Positions 44,296-54,725 of a stretch of 64,000 nt of DNA are shown one piece after another (the first letter of the stretch is position 1; the number at the start of each line of letters is the position of its first letter). This stretch comes from Rhodospirillaceae bacterium (lineage in GTDB: Bacteria; Pseudomonadota; Alphaproteobacteria; Bin65): positions 7,783 to 71,782 of the forward strand of contig JAPOST010000002.1 of assembly GCA_026709535.1 (NCBI GenBank). Reading direction: 5' to 3'. Position numbers and translations under genes: made by a program. The notes under the pieces are model-generated. The model made no database searches and was not told where the DNA came from. It saw nothing but the letters and a program-made list of their open reading frames with translations.

Positions 44296-44922
44296 CTATT
44301 CCTGTGATCCGAATACACCGAAATGGGCATCAACCAGCCCGTCGATCGATGCCAACCAATCGGTCCGCTGCCGGGCCGTACTGCTCGCAACCGGGCCGAA
44401 GACAGTTCGCGAACCATTGGTGACACCGCAAAACGGCAGGATGCAACGCGTCCACATGCTTTCCAGAGGGTCGCCCAGCATCGCCTGTTCCTGTTCCCCC
44501 GGGGTGTTTGAAGTGTTGAGTATGAGGGCAGCGCGCAGGTTGAGAAGCCCCTCGGGCATTCCCTCACCGGTCTCAATGCGATAGGCCACGCCCGGAACAA
44601 AAACTCGATCGATCCAGCCGGCCAGGATCGCCGGCGGCTTGCCCCACCAATTGGGGTGCACGACAAACAGCCCTTCTGCACGGACCAGATCCGCACGATA
44701 GTCGTGAATCGGATCATCAACGATTTCGTCGAATGCGGCTTCGGCATCTAGCCCTGACGTGGCAGACTCAGCCGCGCGCAAGATCGGATCGAAATTCTCC
44801 TGATACAGATCGCATGACACGACGTCATGCCCGCGCCGACTCAACGCGACTCGTGCTCTTTCGGCGATGGCGTGGCAGAAGCTATCGGGCCGCGGATGAG
44901 CCAAGATTGACAGAACGCGCAT
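44296..44922 (-). CDS. NAD(P)H-dependent oxidoreductase, flavodoxin-like fold (NQO1/MdaB/KefF-like)
   Basis: 208 aa. MRVLSILAHPRPDSF... and FVVHPNWWGKPPAILAGWIDRV are typical of the Flavodoxin_2 family. Confidence 0.8.
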   Translation of the reverse strand: MRVLSILAHPRPDSFCHAIAERARVALSRRGHDVVSCDLYQENFDPILRAAESATSGLDAEAAFDEIVDDPIHDYRADLVRAEGLFVVHPNWWGKPPAILAGWIDRVFVPGVAYRIETGEGMPEGLLNLRAALILNTSNTPGEQEQAMLGDPLESMWTRCILPFCGVTNGSRTVFGPVASSTARQRTDWLASIDGLVDAHFGVFGSQE

Positions 44923-45004
44923 GTGCCCCGGTTACCCGCGTCTCATCGTCAAGTAAACCCAATGCTCAGGATTTGAGCAGGAACTGCCGCGGAACAAAGA
45001 CCGG

Positions 45005-45081
<77 letters not shown>

Positions 45082-45648
45082 CTAGATCTCAAGCACCGTG
45101 CTTTTATTGACACGATAAAATCAGAGCGAAGGCATGTAACGCGGCAAACCAGGAGTGTCAAGCAAATGGGCATTGGGGTCATGAGCCCGCCCGAGTTGGC
45201 ACGTCGATCGGCGATATTGCGGGCAGCGAATCCAGGGTGCATCGCACCGCCGCAGCGCACCGCATTGTGTGGCGTCGGACCGTCACGGCGCTGCTCGATG
45301 CGCGTACCATCGGCGACGCAAGGCGCTTGGATGCGGCAGCCCATGGCCGCCAGCTGGCTCAACAGATCCAGGCGACGTGAGAACACTGACGGCAACCAAC
45401 ACGAAGCGGCAGCACGGCTCCGCACGAGCCGAATGTGATGACGTCGGCCAAGGCAATCTTGGCGTCCTGGGTTGCAATCCGGCCAGCGCGACGGCCGGAC
45501 AAAAATCAAACAATGGCTTCAAGGAAGCTGGTTGAACATCATGTGCAAGAGTTGACGCAGATCATGCCGGGGCGCGTCAGTTGCGGTTCCTTCATGCACC
45601 AGCACAATCGCAGCAACCGGTGCCCGGCGACGTAGGGGGCCAGCATCG

Positions 45649-46437
45649 CTATCTCGCCGATGGCGGAGACGCCTTGCTGAACAGCCGGTAGAAGTTCTCG
45701 GTCGTCAGGCGATATAACGCTTCGTGCGAGAGCGCTCGAAGCCTGGCAAGGCATTGCGCCGTGTGGATGACGAAAGACGGCTCGTTCTGCTTGCCGCGAT
45801 GCGGTATCGGAGCGAGAAACGGCGCATCGGTTTCAACTAGAATCCGATCCGCCGGCAAGTCGCGGGCGATATCCCGAATCTCCTGGGCATTCTTGAATGT
45901 TATGATTCCGGAGAAGGAAACATAAAGACCCAGCTCAATAGCAGCTTCAGCCAGCGCACGAGATCCGGTAAAGCAGTGAATTACGCCGGAAAACGGTCCT
46001 TTGGCTCGTTCCTCCGAGAGTATCTTCATAGTATCTTCGTCAGCGTCGCGTGCATGGACGATCAGTGGCAGACCCGTTTCCCTGGAAGCCGCGATATGGC
46101 TCAGGAAATTCCGGCGCTGCGCCTGCGGGCTGCTACGTTCATAGAAGTAGTCCAGGCCTGTTTCTCCGATACCAACAACCCGCGATGACGATACGCGCGC
46201 AACCAATTCGGCCGGACTGTCGACACCTTCCTCATCCGCATTGTGCGGATGAACGCCGACAGAACAGTATATTTGAGCATTGTCTTCTGCAATGCTGAGA
46301 ATGTCAGGAAACTGGCTGAGACGGGTGCTGATCGTCAGTATTGTTTCTATACCAGCATTTTCGGCCCGAGACAGGACACCTTCGCGGTCTAAAGCCAAAT
46401 TGGCGAAATCCAGATGGCAGTGGCTATCGACTATCAT
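45649..46437 (-). CDS. tatD: TatD family metal-dependent hydrolase/DNase
   Basis: 262 aa with VDSHCHLDF and HARDA motifs. It lies directly downstream of metG. Confidence 0.9.
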   Translation of the reverse strand: MIVDSHCHLDFANLALDREGVLSRAENAGIETILTISTRLSQFPDILSIAEDNAQIYCSVGVHPHNADEEGVDSPAELVARVSSSRVVGIGETGLDYFYERSSPQAQRRNFLSHIAASRETGLPLIVHARDADEDTMKILSEERAKGPFSGVIHCFTGSRALAEAAIELGLYVSFSGIITFKNAQEIRDIARDLPADRILVETDAPFLAPIPHRGKQNEPSFVIHTAQCLARLRALSHEALYRLTTENFYRLFSKASPPSAR

Positions 46438-46446
46438 GCCGCCGGT

Positions 46447-47997
46447 TCATGCTGGGTCGTCAACGACGAAACGTGGAAAAATCGGACTGGGCATCGGCAG
46501 CCTCGCGCCAGAGGACAAGCTGTCTTCCAGGGAACTGAATGACCGGGCCCCTTCTTCATCCACCACAGCAAGTTGATCAAGCAAGGCTGACGCCGCTTCA
46601 GGTATCACTGGCTGTGCGAAGATCGCAATCTGCCTGATGACGTCGGCCAGCACATACAGAACGGTTCCCATTCGCGCCGGATCACGTTTGCGCAACGCCC
46701 AGGGCGCCTGGGCATCAACATAGCGATTTGCGTCGGCAACAACCCGCCAGATCGCCTCCAGCATCCGGTGAATCGCCAAGTCAGCCATTTCTTGCCGCGT
46801 AATTTCAAGAAGGTCCTTTGCAGCGATCAACAAGGCGTCATCGTCTTGTGTCAAGGCCCCGGGAGTTGGTAAAATACCATCACAGTTCTTGTGAATCATC
46901 GACAAGACGCGCTGCCCCAGATTACCGAGGTCGTTGGCAAGGTCGCTATTGATCCGCTGAACAATGGCCTCCGGTGCCACCGACCCGTCGCTGCCATAGG
47001 GCACTTCGCGCATCAGGAAATAGCGCATCTGATCCACGCCATAGGTTGCTTTCATCTCGTCCGGCGTCACAACATTGCCAAGTGACTTGGACATTTTCTG
47101 ACCTTCTATTGTCAGAAAACCATGCCCAAATACCTTTTTCGGGATCCTGATTCCCGCCGACATCAGAAAGGCAGGCCAATAAACCGCATGAAATCGCAAG
47201 ATGTCCTTGCCGATGACATGCACGTCTGCAGGCCAGTATTTCTGGAATGAATCCGCATTCTCATCTGGATAGCCGACAGCCGTAATGTAGTTTGTCAAAG
47301 CGTCAAGCCAGACATACATGATGTGCCTGTCGTCGCCCGGTACCGGAACACCCCAATTGAAGCTCGTCCTCGAAACCGAGAGATCCGTCAGGCCCTGCTT
47401 TACGAAATTCACCACTTCATTGCGCCGATGAGGCGGCATGATGAAATCCGGGTTGGCTTCGTAGTGGGCCAGCAGCTTGTCCTGATAGGCAGACAGACGA
47501 AAGAAATAGCTTGGCTCCTCAATCCACTCTACCTCGGCACCGCTCGGCGCCAGCCAACGATCGCCGTCCTTGGTCAGTTCTTCCTCGCTGAAAAAGGCTT
47601 CGTCCCTGACGGAATACCAGCCCGTGTAACTGCTGAGATAGATATCACCCGCTTCCTCCAGCCGCTTCCAGACCATCCTTGAGGAAAGGATATGACGGCT
47701 ATCCGTGGTTCTGATGAAGGCGTCGTTGGTAATGTTCAACGCGTCTACCATAGCAATGAACTGGTTCGAAATTTCGTCGCAGAATTCTTTGGGTTCCTTG
47801 CCACAAGCACGAGCTGTCTTCTCTACTTTCTGACCATGTTCATCCGTTCCTGTCAGGAAAAAGACATCATAACCGTCTAGGCGCTTGTAGCGTGCAATGA
47901 CGTCTGTGGAAATCGCCTCGTAAGCATGGCCCAGATGAGGCGCACCGTTAACGTAGGAGATAGCCGTCGTGATGTAGAACGGAGGTCTTTCGGTCAT
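46447..47997 (-). CDS. metG: methionine--tRNA ligase
   Basis: 516 aa with HLGHAY (HIGH) and KMSKSLGN (KMSKS) motifs. Confidence 0.96.
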   Translation of the reverse strand: MTERPPFYITTAISYVNGAPHLGHAYEAISTDVIARYKRLDGYDVFFLTGTDEHGQKVEKTARACGKEPKEFCDEISNQFIAMVDALNITNDAFIRTTDSRHILSSRMVWKRLEEAGDIYLSSYTGWYSVRDEAFFSEEELTKDGDRWLAPSGAEVEWIEEPSYFFRLSAYQDKLLAHYEANPDFIMPPHRRNEVVNFVKQGLTDLSVSRTSFNWGVPVPGDDRHIMYVWLDALTNYITAVGYPDENADSFQKYWPADVHVIGKDILRFHAVYWPAFLMSAGIRIPKKVFGHGFLTIEGQKMSKSLGNVVTPDEMKATYGVDQMRYFLMREVPYGSDGSVAPEAIVQRINSDLANDLGNLGQRVLSMIHKNCDGILPTPGALTQDDDALLIAAKDLLEITRQEMADLAIHRMLEAIWRVVADANRYVDAQAPWALRKRDPARMGTVLYVLADVIRQIAIFAQPVIPEAASALLDQLAVVDEEGARSFSSLEDSLSSGARLPMPSPIFPRFVVDDPA

Positions 47998-48110
47998 CTA
48001 GGATCACTGTTCGGCGCGTGCCGTGATCAGCCCAGTGCCGATCATCTGCAGACTCCACACATAAGGCATGGCGGCGGGCGATTCTACAGCGTTCAATCGA
48101 CTTCGTTGCT

Positions 48111-49166
48111 TCATGGCGTCGACGGTCGTCGCAACAGGTCGCGCGTACTTATGGCTGAGTAGTACACCACATGCCGACGATCCAAGTTCAGCGCTTCGGC
48201 TTGCCGGAAACGGTGATCGAGTTCTGACCACAGGATCGCAGCATCCCGACGATGGCAGGCCACTGACGTTTCACGAGCGACCGCTGCTATCCTGTGACCG
48301 AGCAGATCGCCAACGATTCGATACGAAGCCGCTTGATCTGACCTGGCGACTGCCTCCGCCAAGTCCAGAGCATCTACCCTGCTCCTGTCTTCCGAACCAT
48401 CCAGAATGGCAGATACCCTTCGGTCAAGATCAGCCGCGCCAGCCTCCAGCAGGCGCAACGCCCGGCCGGGACTACCCATGGACAACTCCCACACCACATT
48501 GTTCGCCTTCCCGGCGAGTACCGGAGCAGCTTCCTCAGCAGCGTACCTGACATCGGTATCTGCCAGGACAGAGAGAACCACGCTCTGACAGCGCGAGCGG
48601 ATCGTCGGTATAACGGCCCCGTGTCTATGGTTGACAAGTAAAAACAATGCCTTGTACGGTGGTTCTTCGAGAATTTTCAGAAGCGCATTCGCGGCGCTTG
48701 CGTTAAGATCATCTGCCGGATCAATAATTAAAATGCGCCATCCGCCATCTGTCGCTGTGCGGGTGAGAAACTGCTCTTTGGCGTCCTGGACATCGTCGAC
48801 CACAATTTCGCTACGCGTCTTGCCACTCTTCGGGTTTACGGAACGTCTGATAACTCGCAGATTGGGGTGAGCGCCGCTAGCGATGTTTCGCGACACCTGA
48901 TCACTAGGATCACCGTCCGAAAGTAACGGAACTGCAGACATTCCGGGCAAAGGAGGATTTCCCGCGCCGTCCGGAGCACCGCCCAAGACCGTCCGGGTAA
49001 AGCGGAAAGCCAAGGTGGCCTTGCCGATCCCCTCTGCGCCACAAAGGAGCCAAGCATTGGCAAGCTTGCCACTCCACCATGCTGTCGACAAGACCGCCTG
49101 AGCGGCGTCCTGACCGAAGAGCCGGAGTGTTTCCTCGGGGCGTTTGATCTCAGGTTCAGACATCAA
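48111..49166 (-). CDS. holB: DNA polymerase III delta-prime subunit
   Basis: 351-aa AAA+-like protein (LLCGAEGIGKATLA) in the conserved tmk-holB-metG order. Confidence 0.85.
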   Translation of the reverse strand: MMSEPEIKRPEETLRLFGQDAAQAVLSTAWWSGKLANAWLLCGAEGIGKATLAFRFTRTVLGGAPDGAGNPPLPGMSAVPLLSDGDPSDQVSRNIASGAHPNLRVIRRSVNPKSGKTRSEIVVDDVQDAKEQFLTRTATDGGWRILIIDPADDLNASAANALLKILEEPPYKALFLLVNHRHGAVIPTIRSRCQSVVLSVLADTDVRYAAEEAAPVLAGKANNVVWELSMGSPGRALRLLEAGAADLDRRVSAILDGSEDRSRVDALDLAEAVARSDQAASYRIVGDLLGHRIAAVARETSVACHRRDAAILWSELDHRFRQAEALNLDRRHVVYYSAISTRDLLRRPSTP

Positions 49167-49806
49167 TCAGGAATTTCTCTTGGATGATCGACGTGATGCG
49201 ATGGGTAACCGTTTCTTCCGGTTGCGTGGCGTCCAGCAGGACGCAACGCTGCGATGCTCGCTGCGCAATTTTCTGGAACCCGATGCGAACAGCTTCGTGA
49301 AATTCGTCTTCGCGGTTCTCGAATCTGTTTTCGTGTCCGCGACGACGCTTTGTCCGTGCGAGGCCCTCGGCGACGGGAATATCCAGAATGAACGTGATAT
49401 CTGGTTTCAACGTCCCGATTGCAAAAGCGGTGAGACGTTCAAGATCCGCGATCTGTATGCCTCCTGCATAACCTTGATATACCATCGTAGAGTCAAGAAA
49501 CCGATCACACAGTATCCATCTTCCTTTTTCAAGCGCTGGGCGGATCACCCGCTCGACGTGATCGCGCCGCGACGCTGTGTTCAGCAGGGCCTCAACAGTG
49601 GAATCCCACCGCGCCGGGCTTCCAGTTACCAGTAATTCGCGGATTGCTTCGGCCCCCGACGTTCCACCCGGTTCGCGGGTCAGGACGAAGTCGATCCCCT
49701 TTCTTTCAAGAAAGATCGCCACTGACCTGACTTGAGTCGATTTTCCAGCACCCTCGCCGCCTTCGAATGTTATGAAGCGACCTCTCGGTTGATAGACTCC
49801 AGTCAC
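49156..49806 (-). CDS. tmk: thymidylate kinase
   Basis: P-loop FEGGEGAGKSTQ. I prefer GTG 49806, which forms GTGA with the stop of the upstream dacC-like pseudogene. The ORF-track start at 49836 is the alternative. Confidence 0.9.
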   Translation of the reverse strand: MTGVYQPRGRFITFEGGEGAGKSTQVRSVAIFLERKGIDFVLTREPGGTSGAEAIRELLVTGSPARWDSTVEALLNTASRRDHVERVIRPALEKGRWILCDRFLDSTMVYQGYAGGIQIADLERLTAFAIGTLKPDITFILDIPVAEGLARTKRRRGHENRFENREDEFHEAVRIGFQKIAQRASQRCVLLDATQPEETVTHRITSIIQEKFLIDV

Positions 49807-50548
49807 TCTTGGACCACCAGCTGCTTGAACCCCCACCTGAACATACGCAGGGTCTCTTTGCGGCGCGCCGCGGCGCGCCTCAACCCATTGATTACCATAA
49901 TCAGTCGATGCTTTCCGCGTTGTGCCGTGGCGACCAAGCCGTACCCGCCTGTCTTGGTATGCCCTGTCTTCAGGCCATCACTGCCTTTCACCTCGCCAAG
50001 AACTAGGTTGCGATTTCGAAAGACGTTCCTGCCGAAACGTACTGAGCGCAGCCCTAAAAGCCAATAGCACCGAGGATAGTTGGCGATGATCAAGCTGGTC
50101 AGCCGCGCAACTTCCAAGGCGCTCATCAAGTGCCGATTGGCCGTAAAGCCGGTCACGTTACGAAAGACGCTGTCAAGCAAGCCAATCTCTTCGGACCGTT
50201 TGTCATGGCTTGGACAAGACCGGCTTCCGAGCTACTGATCCGCTCCGCCAGCGCAATAGTTGCATCGTTGGCGCAGTAGACGATCATTGTCAGCAATAAG
50301 CTTTTCAGCGGGTATTTGTTACCAGCGTCTAGAAAAACCCGAGACCCTCCCGAGCGTGATGCTCTCTTGCTGACGCTGACAAGCTCATCTTTCATGACTT
50401 GCCCTGCTTTCAATGCTTCGAAGATCATCAGCTTTGTCATGGAGGAAGGGCGAATCTTCCTCCGGGCTTTCTTGGCATAGATTATCCGAAGCGATGGATA
50501 TTCCACTAGCAATGCCTGATATGCGCGGGACGTGAATTCGCCGGATTT
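49803..50548 (-). pseudogene. D-alanyl-D-alanine carboxypeptidase (peptidase S11, PBP5/6-like), C-terminal 3/4, frameshifted
   Basis: Two ORFs in different frames carry SMTKLM (SxxK), then KTGHT (KTG). The frames switch near 50156-50185 (one base missing). The SxN motif reads CAND. The 5' end is cut by the IS at 50549. Confidence 0.8.
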
Positions 50549-51534
50549 CTCACTGCTGTCCGGTTAACCGAATCGACAGTTTACATAACCAGATGAATAA
50601 AGGACATTTTTTGGATATTCGGGTGGTGTCGACTTGACCGTGGCGGCACTGTTTGGTGCCCTTTCGGGATTTCACCCCCGGAGGCCAAGGCACGATGTAC
50701 GCTGGCAAGACCCTGTTCGCTCAGTTGATGGACTTTCTTCCCTGGACGAGCTTCGCGCGCATTGTGGAGCGGTACGACGGCAACCGCCGCGTCCGCGTGC
50801 TCCCCTGCACCGATCACTTCCGGGTGCCGGCCTTTGCCCGGTCGACGTACCGGGAGAGCCTGCGCGACATTGAGGCGCTCTACCCTGGCCGATGCCAACT
50901 TGGCGCATGTACGCCGAGCAGGACCTAGGGCTGGAGCGTCTGACACGGTTTACGCATTGGACTCCACCACCATCGACCCTTGCCTGTCGCTGTTCCCTTG
51001 GGCGCCGTGAAGAGGCATACGCTTCTCGACCTGCGCGGCAGTATCCCCATCTTCATCCACGTTTCCGACGGCAAGCTGCACGGCACGAGGCGGGCGCGTT
51101 CTTCGTCACACGAGCCAGAGGAAGTACCCGCACCCTCTGCGCCGCATGCGCTTCAGGCACCCGGACACCGGGCACACGCTCGTCTTCCTGACCAACCTGT
51201 TCGGCCCGACGCCGAAGATCATCTGCGAACTGTACAAGGCCCTCTGGCAGGTGGCGCCGTTCTTCAAGTGGATCTGCGCATCAAGAACTTCTGCGGCACG
51301 TCCGAGAGCGCCGTGAAATCCCAGATATGGGTCGCGGTCGTTCTCGTCGCCATCATCAGGAAGCGCCGCGACAGGGACGCCGCACTCTGCACCTCGTTGC
51401 AGATCCTGTCCGTCACCTCGGTCGAGAACAAGGCCGCCAGATCAACGCCTTTTCAAATCCGACCACACTTCCGACAAGAACATCATCCCTGACCAATTGA
51501 ATCTGTTCAAATATTGACCGGATGCTAGTGAACT
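50549..51534 (+). mobile_element. degenerate IS4-family insertion sequence (DUF4372-type transposase), internally deleted
   Basis: GATTT flanks both ends (50544-48 and 51535-39). The imperfect terminal IRs share TCACT..TCCGGTYAA. Transposase fragments lie across three frames. The ~1 kb length looks short for this IS type. Confidence 0.8.
50695..51517 (+). pseudogene. IS4-family transposase pseudogene
   Basis: MYAGKTLFAQLMDFLPWTSFARIVERY..YRESLRDIEA, RSTLADAN, VYALDSTTIDPCLSLFPWAP, HTLLDLRGSIPIFIHVSDGKLH, EAGAFFVTRA, LVFLTN..LYKALWQVAPFFKW, GTSESAVKSQIW and DQLNLFKY-stop are spread over three frames. Confidence 0.8.
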
Positions 51535-51620
51535 GATTTCACTGTCTCCGATCTGGTGTCAAGATCAGCAGGTTGCAGGACCACAATCACTGCGAGCAAG
51601 AGCAAAATTAGTAACCGCAT
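51535..51620 (-). pseudogene. N-terminal (signal peptide) fragment of the same D,D-carboxypeptidase gene
   Basis: ATG 51620 follows AAAGAGCG and reads MRLLILLLLAVIVVLQPADLDTRSETVK. The frame continues into 50543 downward when the IS and one GATTT copy are removed. Confidence 0.65.
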
Positions 51621-51929
51621 CGCTCTTTAAATCCGCACGTATCATGGGTTGGAGCCCTTATTTTATGACAGTTTTCATTTTCAAACTGCTCATGTGTCAC
51701 CAAATTTTTGCAATATTACCTGCTGACTTGCTGAATATTGACGATGTAGTAGCACTAGACTGACTGGTTGATCGCAGCGGCCGCCACGCCAGTTTCACGA
51801 TTGAAATTCATGGTCGGTTCTCGCACTCATATAGCGAACCGAGCACCCTTCTCTAAACTTTACATGCGAGAGAAAGGTATAAGTGTCGACCTGAGCTATA
51901 TCTTCCCTGAGCGGCAGCATTGGAAGTAC

Positions 51930-52019
51930 GGATGGGTGGCCGAGCGGTTGAAGGCACCGGTCTTGAAAACCGGCAGGCGTGTACGCGTCTCGTGGGTTCG
52001 AATCCCACCCCATCCGCCA
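51930..52019 (+). tRNA. tRNA-Ser (TGA)
   Basis: GGATGGGTGGCCGAGCGG...CCGGTCTTGAAAACCGG, then a long variable arm, then GTGGGTTCGAATCCCACCCCATCCGCCA. The acceptor stem is perfect, the anticodon is at 51964-51966, and CCA is encoded. Confidence 0.95.
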
Positions 52020-52136
52020 CAAAACAATATCTAGAAGACCTCTGCATAATGGCCGGCACATGGCAACGCACTAAAAGAACCCGAACCCAACTAACGCGCT
52101 CTAATCAAAATGGCTGCGCGCTCACAAGGCTACCCC

Positions 52137-54725
52137 CTAATATTCGTTGCCGACTGCACCAGTAAACTTTGAGTCGCCGCCGCCTGGTTCCAAGCCATCT
52201 GGTGACGAGCCGGGTCTTACCCCAACTTTGAAATATTCATAGATGATCCGCTTGTCCTTTTCGCGTCTGGCGTCGTTGTCAAGAGCAACCTGGATTGCAA
52301 CCAGACCCTTGGGCGGCCGAAACTCCAGTTTGATGCCTTTCAATGCTTTTTTCATGAAATCGCGGAAGATGGGAGCAGCAGTCCGACTGCCTTCTTCCCG
52401 ATATCCCAAAGAATAGGATTTTTCGAAACCGACCCATGTCGCTACAACCATATCTGGCGACATACCGACAAACCAAGCATCGACGCTGTCATTAGTCGTC
52501 CCTGTTTTGCCGGCAATTGGGCGGCCGACCGCCAATACTCGTCGTCCGGTGCCACGCTGTACAGCCCCCTGCATCATTGCGACGACCTGAAACGCACTTT
52601 CCTCACTGATTATCTGCTCGCGCGTATCAGGCAGTTTGGGCATGCCCTGCCCCTGCCATGACCTAGAAAGACAGGTGCTGCAATTAAACGCGCTGTGACG
52701 GAAAATGGTTCGACCATACCGATCCTGGATTCGATCTATCAAGGTCGGCCTTACCTTGCGACCGCCATTGACCAATATGGAATAGGCTGTCGCCATTTTG
52801 AACACAGTGGTTTCATAAGCACCAAGCGATGCTGCCATCGTTGTTGGCAAATTTTTGGAAACTCCGAGACGGACCGCCATTTCAGACACTTTTTCTCGGC
52901 CCACCCTTTCAGCAAGGCGTACAGTCATCACATTACGCGACAGTTCAAGCCCGCGGCGCAGCGTGGTCGGGCCATAGAACTTCTCGGACGAATTCAGCGG
53001 CTTGTAAGTCTCCCCACTCGACATACGGACGACGACCGGGGCATCAAGTACCAAAGTAGATGGCGTGAAACCGTTTTCGAGCGCGGTCAAGTACACAATC
53101 GGCTTGAAAGATGATCCCGGCTGGCGTTGCGCCTGCGTAACTGTGTTATACTGGCTGATTCGGAAGCTGAACCCGCCGCTCATGGCCAGCACGCGGCCGG
53201 TGTGAGGGTCCATGGCGACAATGGCTGCAGTTGCTACTGGAATTTGGCGCAGCGTATATGTGTCATCGGGATAAGGCTTGTTGAGCGGGGGTTTGCTAGC
53301 TTGTTCGACCAGAATTACATCACCCTCGTCCAGTACATCCTGAACTTTCCGAATCCGCGGCCCAACGACCGTGAACATTTTCTTTCCGCTTTTGCGCGTC
53401 TTCTCTCCCTGCTTGCGCGCCCAGGTAACTTCGCCCAGCGGAATGCGACCGCGGGTCCCGTCGGCCAAACCGATGATTGCTTCTTTCTGATCGACCAGCA
53501 GGACAACAGCTAGTAGCCAGTCGCTAGAGCCCGCCGGTCGTTTTATTCTGGCCAGCTTCATCTTCCAGCCACTAGCCCAATTGGCGCCGAATTTTTCCGG
53601 CATTTTCGTCAGTGGACCGCGATAACCATGCCGACGGTCATAGGCCACAAGCCCTTTCCGCAATGCTTGATCGGCATAGAGCTGCAATTCTGGATCTAGT
53701 GTGGAACGGACGGAATAGCCACCCTTCTTCAACTTCTCTTCACTATACATGGCGACCAGCTCGCGGCGTATTTCTTCTAGGAAATACTCTGCGCCGATGC
53801 CAAGATTTTTCTTTTCTTCTCTGATTCCCAACGGTGCTTTCAGCGCTGCCGTTGCCTGCTCGGCGGTGATGTATCCGTCTGTCTGCATCCGCCCGATCAC
53901 ATAGTCACGACGCGCCCTTGCAGCTTCTGGATTCCTCAGCGGATTGTATCTGCTCGGGGCCTGAGGCATACCAGCGAGCATAGCTGCCTCTGCAATATTC
54001 AGTTCCTTAAGAGACTTGCCGAAGTATACCTGCGCCGCCGCCGCCACGCCATATGCTCGGTTCCCCAAGAATATCTCGTTCAGATAAAGTTCAAGAATCT
54101 GTTCTTTGGATAACGTGGACTCGATTCGCAGCGCCAGGATGAGTTCCTTGATCTTGCGCTTGAGCTTCCTCTCCTTAGTGAGGAGAAAGTTCTTGGCAAC
54201 CTGTTGTGTGATCGTCGAACCACCGACCAGTCGATTGCCGCCAGAGAGAAATGACCGCGCGGTCGTGCTGCCTGCGCGGATTGTCCCGATCAAGTCGACG
54301 CCATTATGGCTGAAATAACGCTGGTCTTCCGCCGCAATGAACGCCTGAGAGACCTTCTTCGGAATCAGACGGTACGGCATGAAGACCCGTTTCTCCGATG
54401 CGAACTCGCCGATCAGGCGCCCATTTCCGGCATATACTCGACTGACGATCGGTGGTTCATAGTCTGCCAGCTTCGCCAAACCAGGCAAATCGTGACCGTA
54501 TAACCAGAAGCCAACAAAGATCATCGCGACGCAAACGAAGGCAGCGTTGAAGCCAACGCCTGACACACTGACGAACAAGCTGCCCAGCCGACTCAGGAAG
54601 CCCCGCTCCTTCTGGCGATAGCGGGCCTGGGGCGCGTGATCAGATACCTCGCCGGTAGAAGCCTCTCCGGCGGCAATACGATCATCAGGCGTGACGCGGA
54701 AATCACTCATTCCGGATCGCAGCAT
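52137..54725 (-). CDS. mrcA: penicillin-binding protein 1A (bifunctional glycosyltransferase/transpeptidase)
   Basis: 862 aa. GT51 motif EDQRYFSHNGVD, and transpeptidase motifs SSFKP and KTGTTND. An alternative ATG lies at 54710. Confidence 0.93.
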   Translation of the reverse strand: MLRSGMSDFRVTPDDRIAAGEASTGEVSDHAPQARYRQKERGFLSRLGSLFVSVSGVGFNAAFVCVAMIFVGFWLYGHDLPGLAKLADYEPPIVSRVYAGNGRLIGEFASEKRVFMPYRLIPKKVSQAFIAAEDQRYFSHNGVDLIGTIRAGSTTARSFLSGGNRLVGGSTITQQVAKNFLLTKERKLKRKIKELILALRIESTLSKEQILELYLNEIFLGNRAYGVAAAAQVYFGKSLKELNIAEAAMLAGMPQAPSRYNPLRNPEAARARRDYVIGRMQTDGYITAEQATAALKAPLGIREEKKNLGIGAEYFLEEIRRELVAMYSEEKLKKGGYSVRSTLDPELQLYADQALRKGLVAYDRRHGYRGPLTKMPEKFGANWASGWKMKLARIKRPAGSSDWLLAVVLLVDQKEAIIGLADGTRGRIPLGEVTWARKQGEKTRKSGKKMFTVVGPRIRKVQDVLDEGDVILVEQASKPPLNKPYPDDTYTLRQIPVATAAIVAMDPHTGRVLAMSGGFSFRISQYNTVTQAQRQPGSSFKPIVYLTALENGFTPSTLVLDAPVVVRMSSGETYKPLNSSEKFYGPTTLRRGLELSRNVMTVRLAERVGREKVSEMAVRLGVSKNLPTTMAASLGAYETTVFKMATAYSILVNGGRKVRPTLIDRIQDRYGRTIFRHSAFNCSTCLSRSWQGQGMPKLPDTREQIISEESAFQVVAMMQGAVQRGTGRRVLAVGRPIAGKTGTTNDSVDAWFVGMSPDMVVATWVGFEKSYSLGYREEGSRTAAPIFRDFMKKALKGIKLEFRPPKGLVAIQVALDNDARREKDKRIIYEYFKVGVRPGSSPDGLEPGGGDSKFTGAVGNEY

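Noticed and set aside
50544-50580. An alternative reading of the IS left end places it at CAGTTTAC (50577) and treats CAGTGA(G)AAATC as a long target duplication.
   Set aside because: The in-frame restoration of the carboxypeptidase gene and the shared TCACT..TCCGGTYAA terminal repeats fit the 50549/51534 boundaries with a GATTT duplication better. The exact TSD length (3-5 bp) stays open, but the restored sequence is the same either way.
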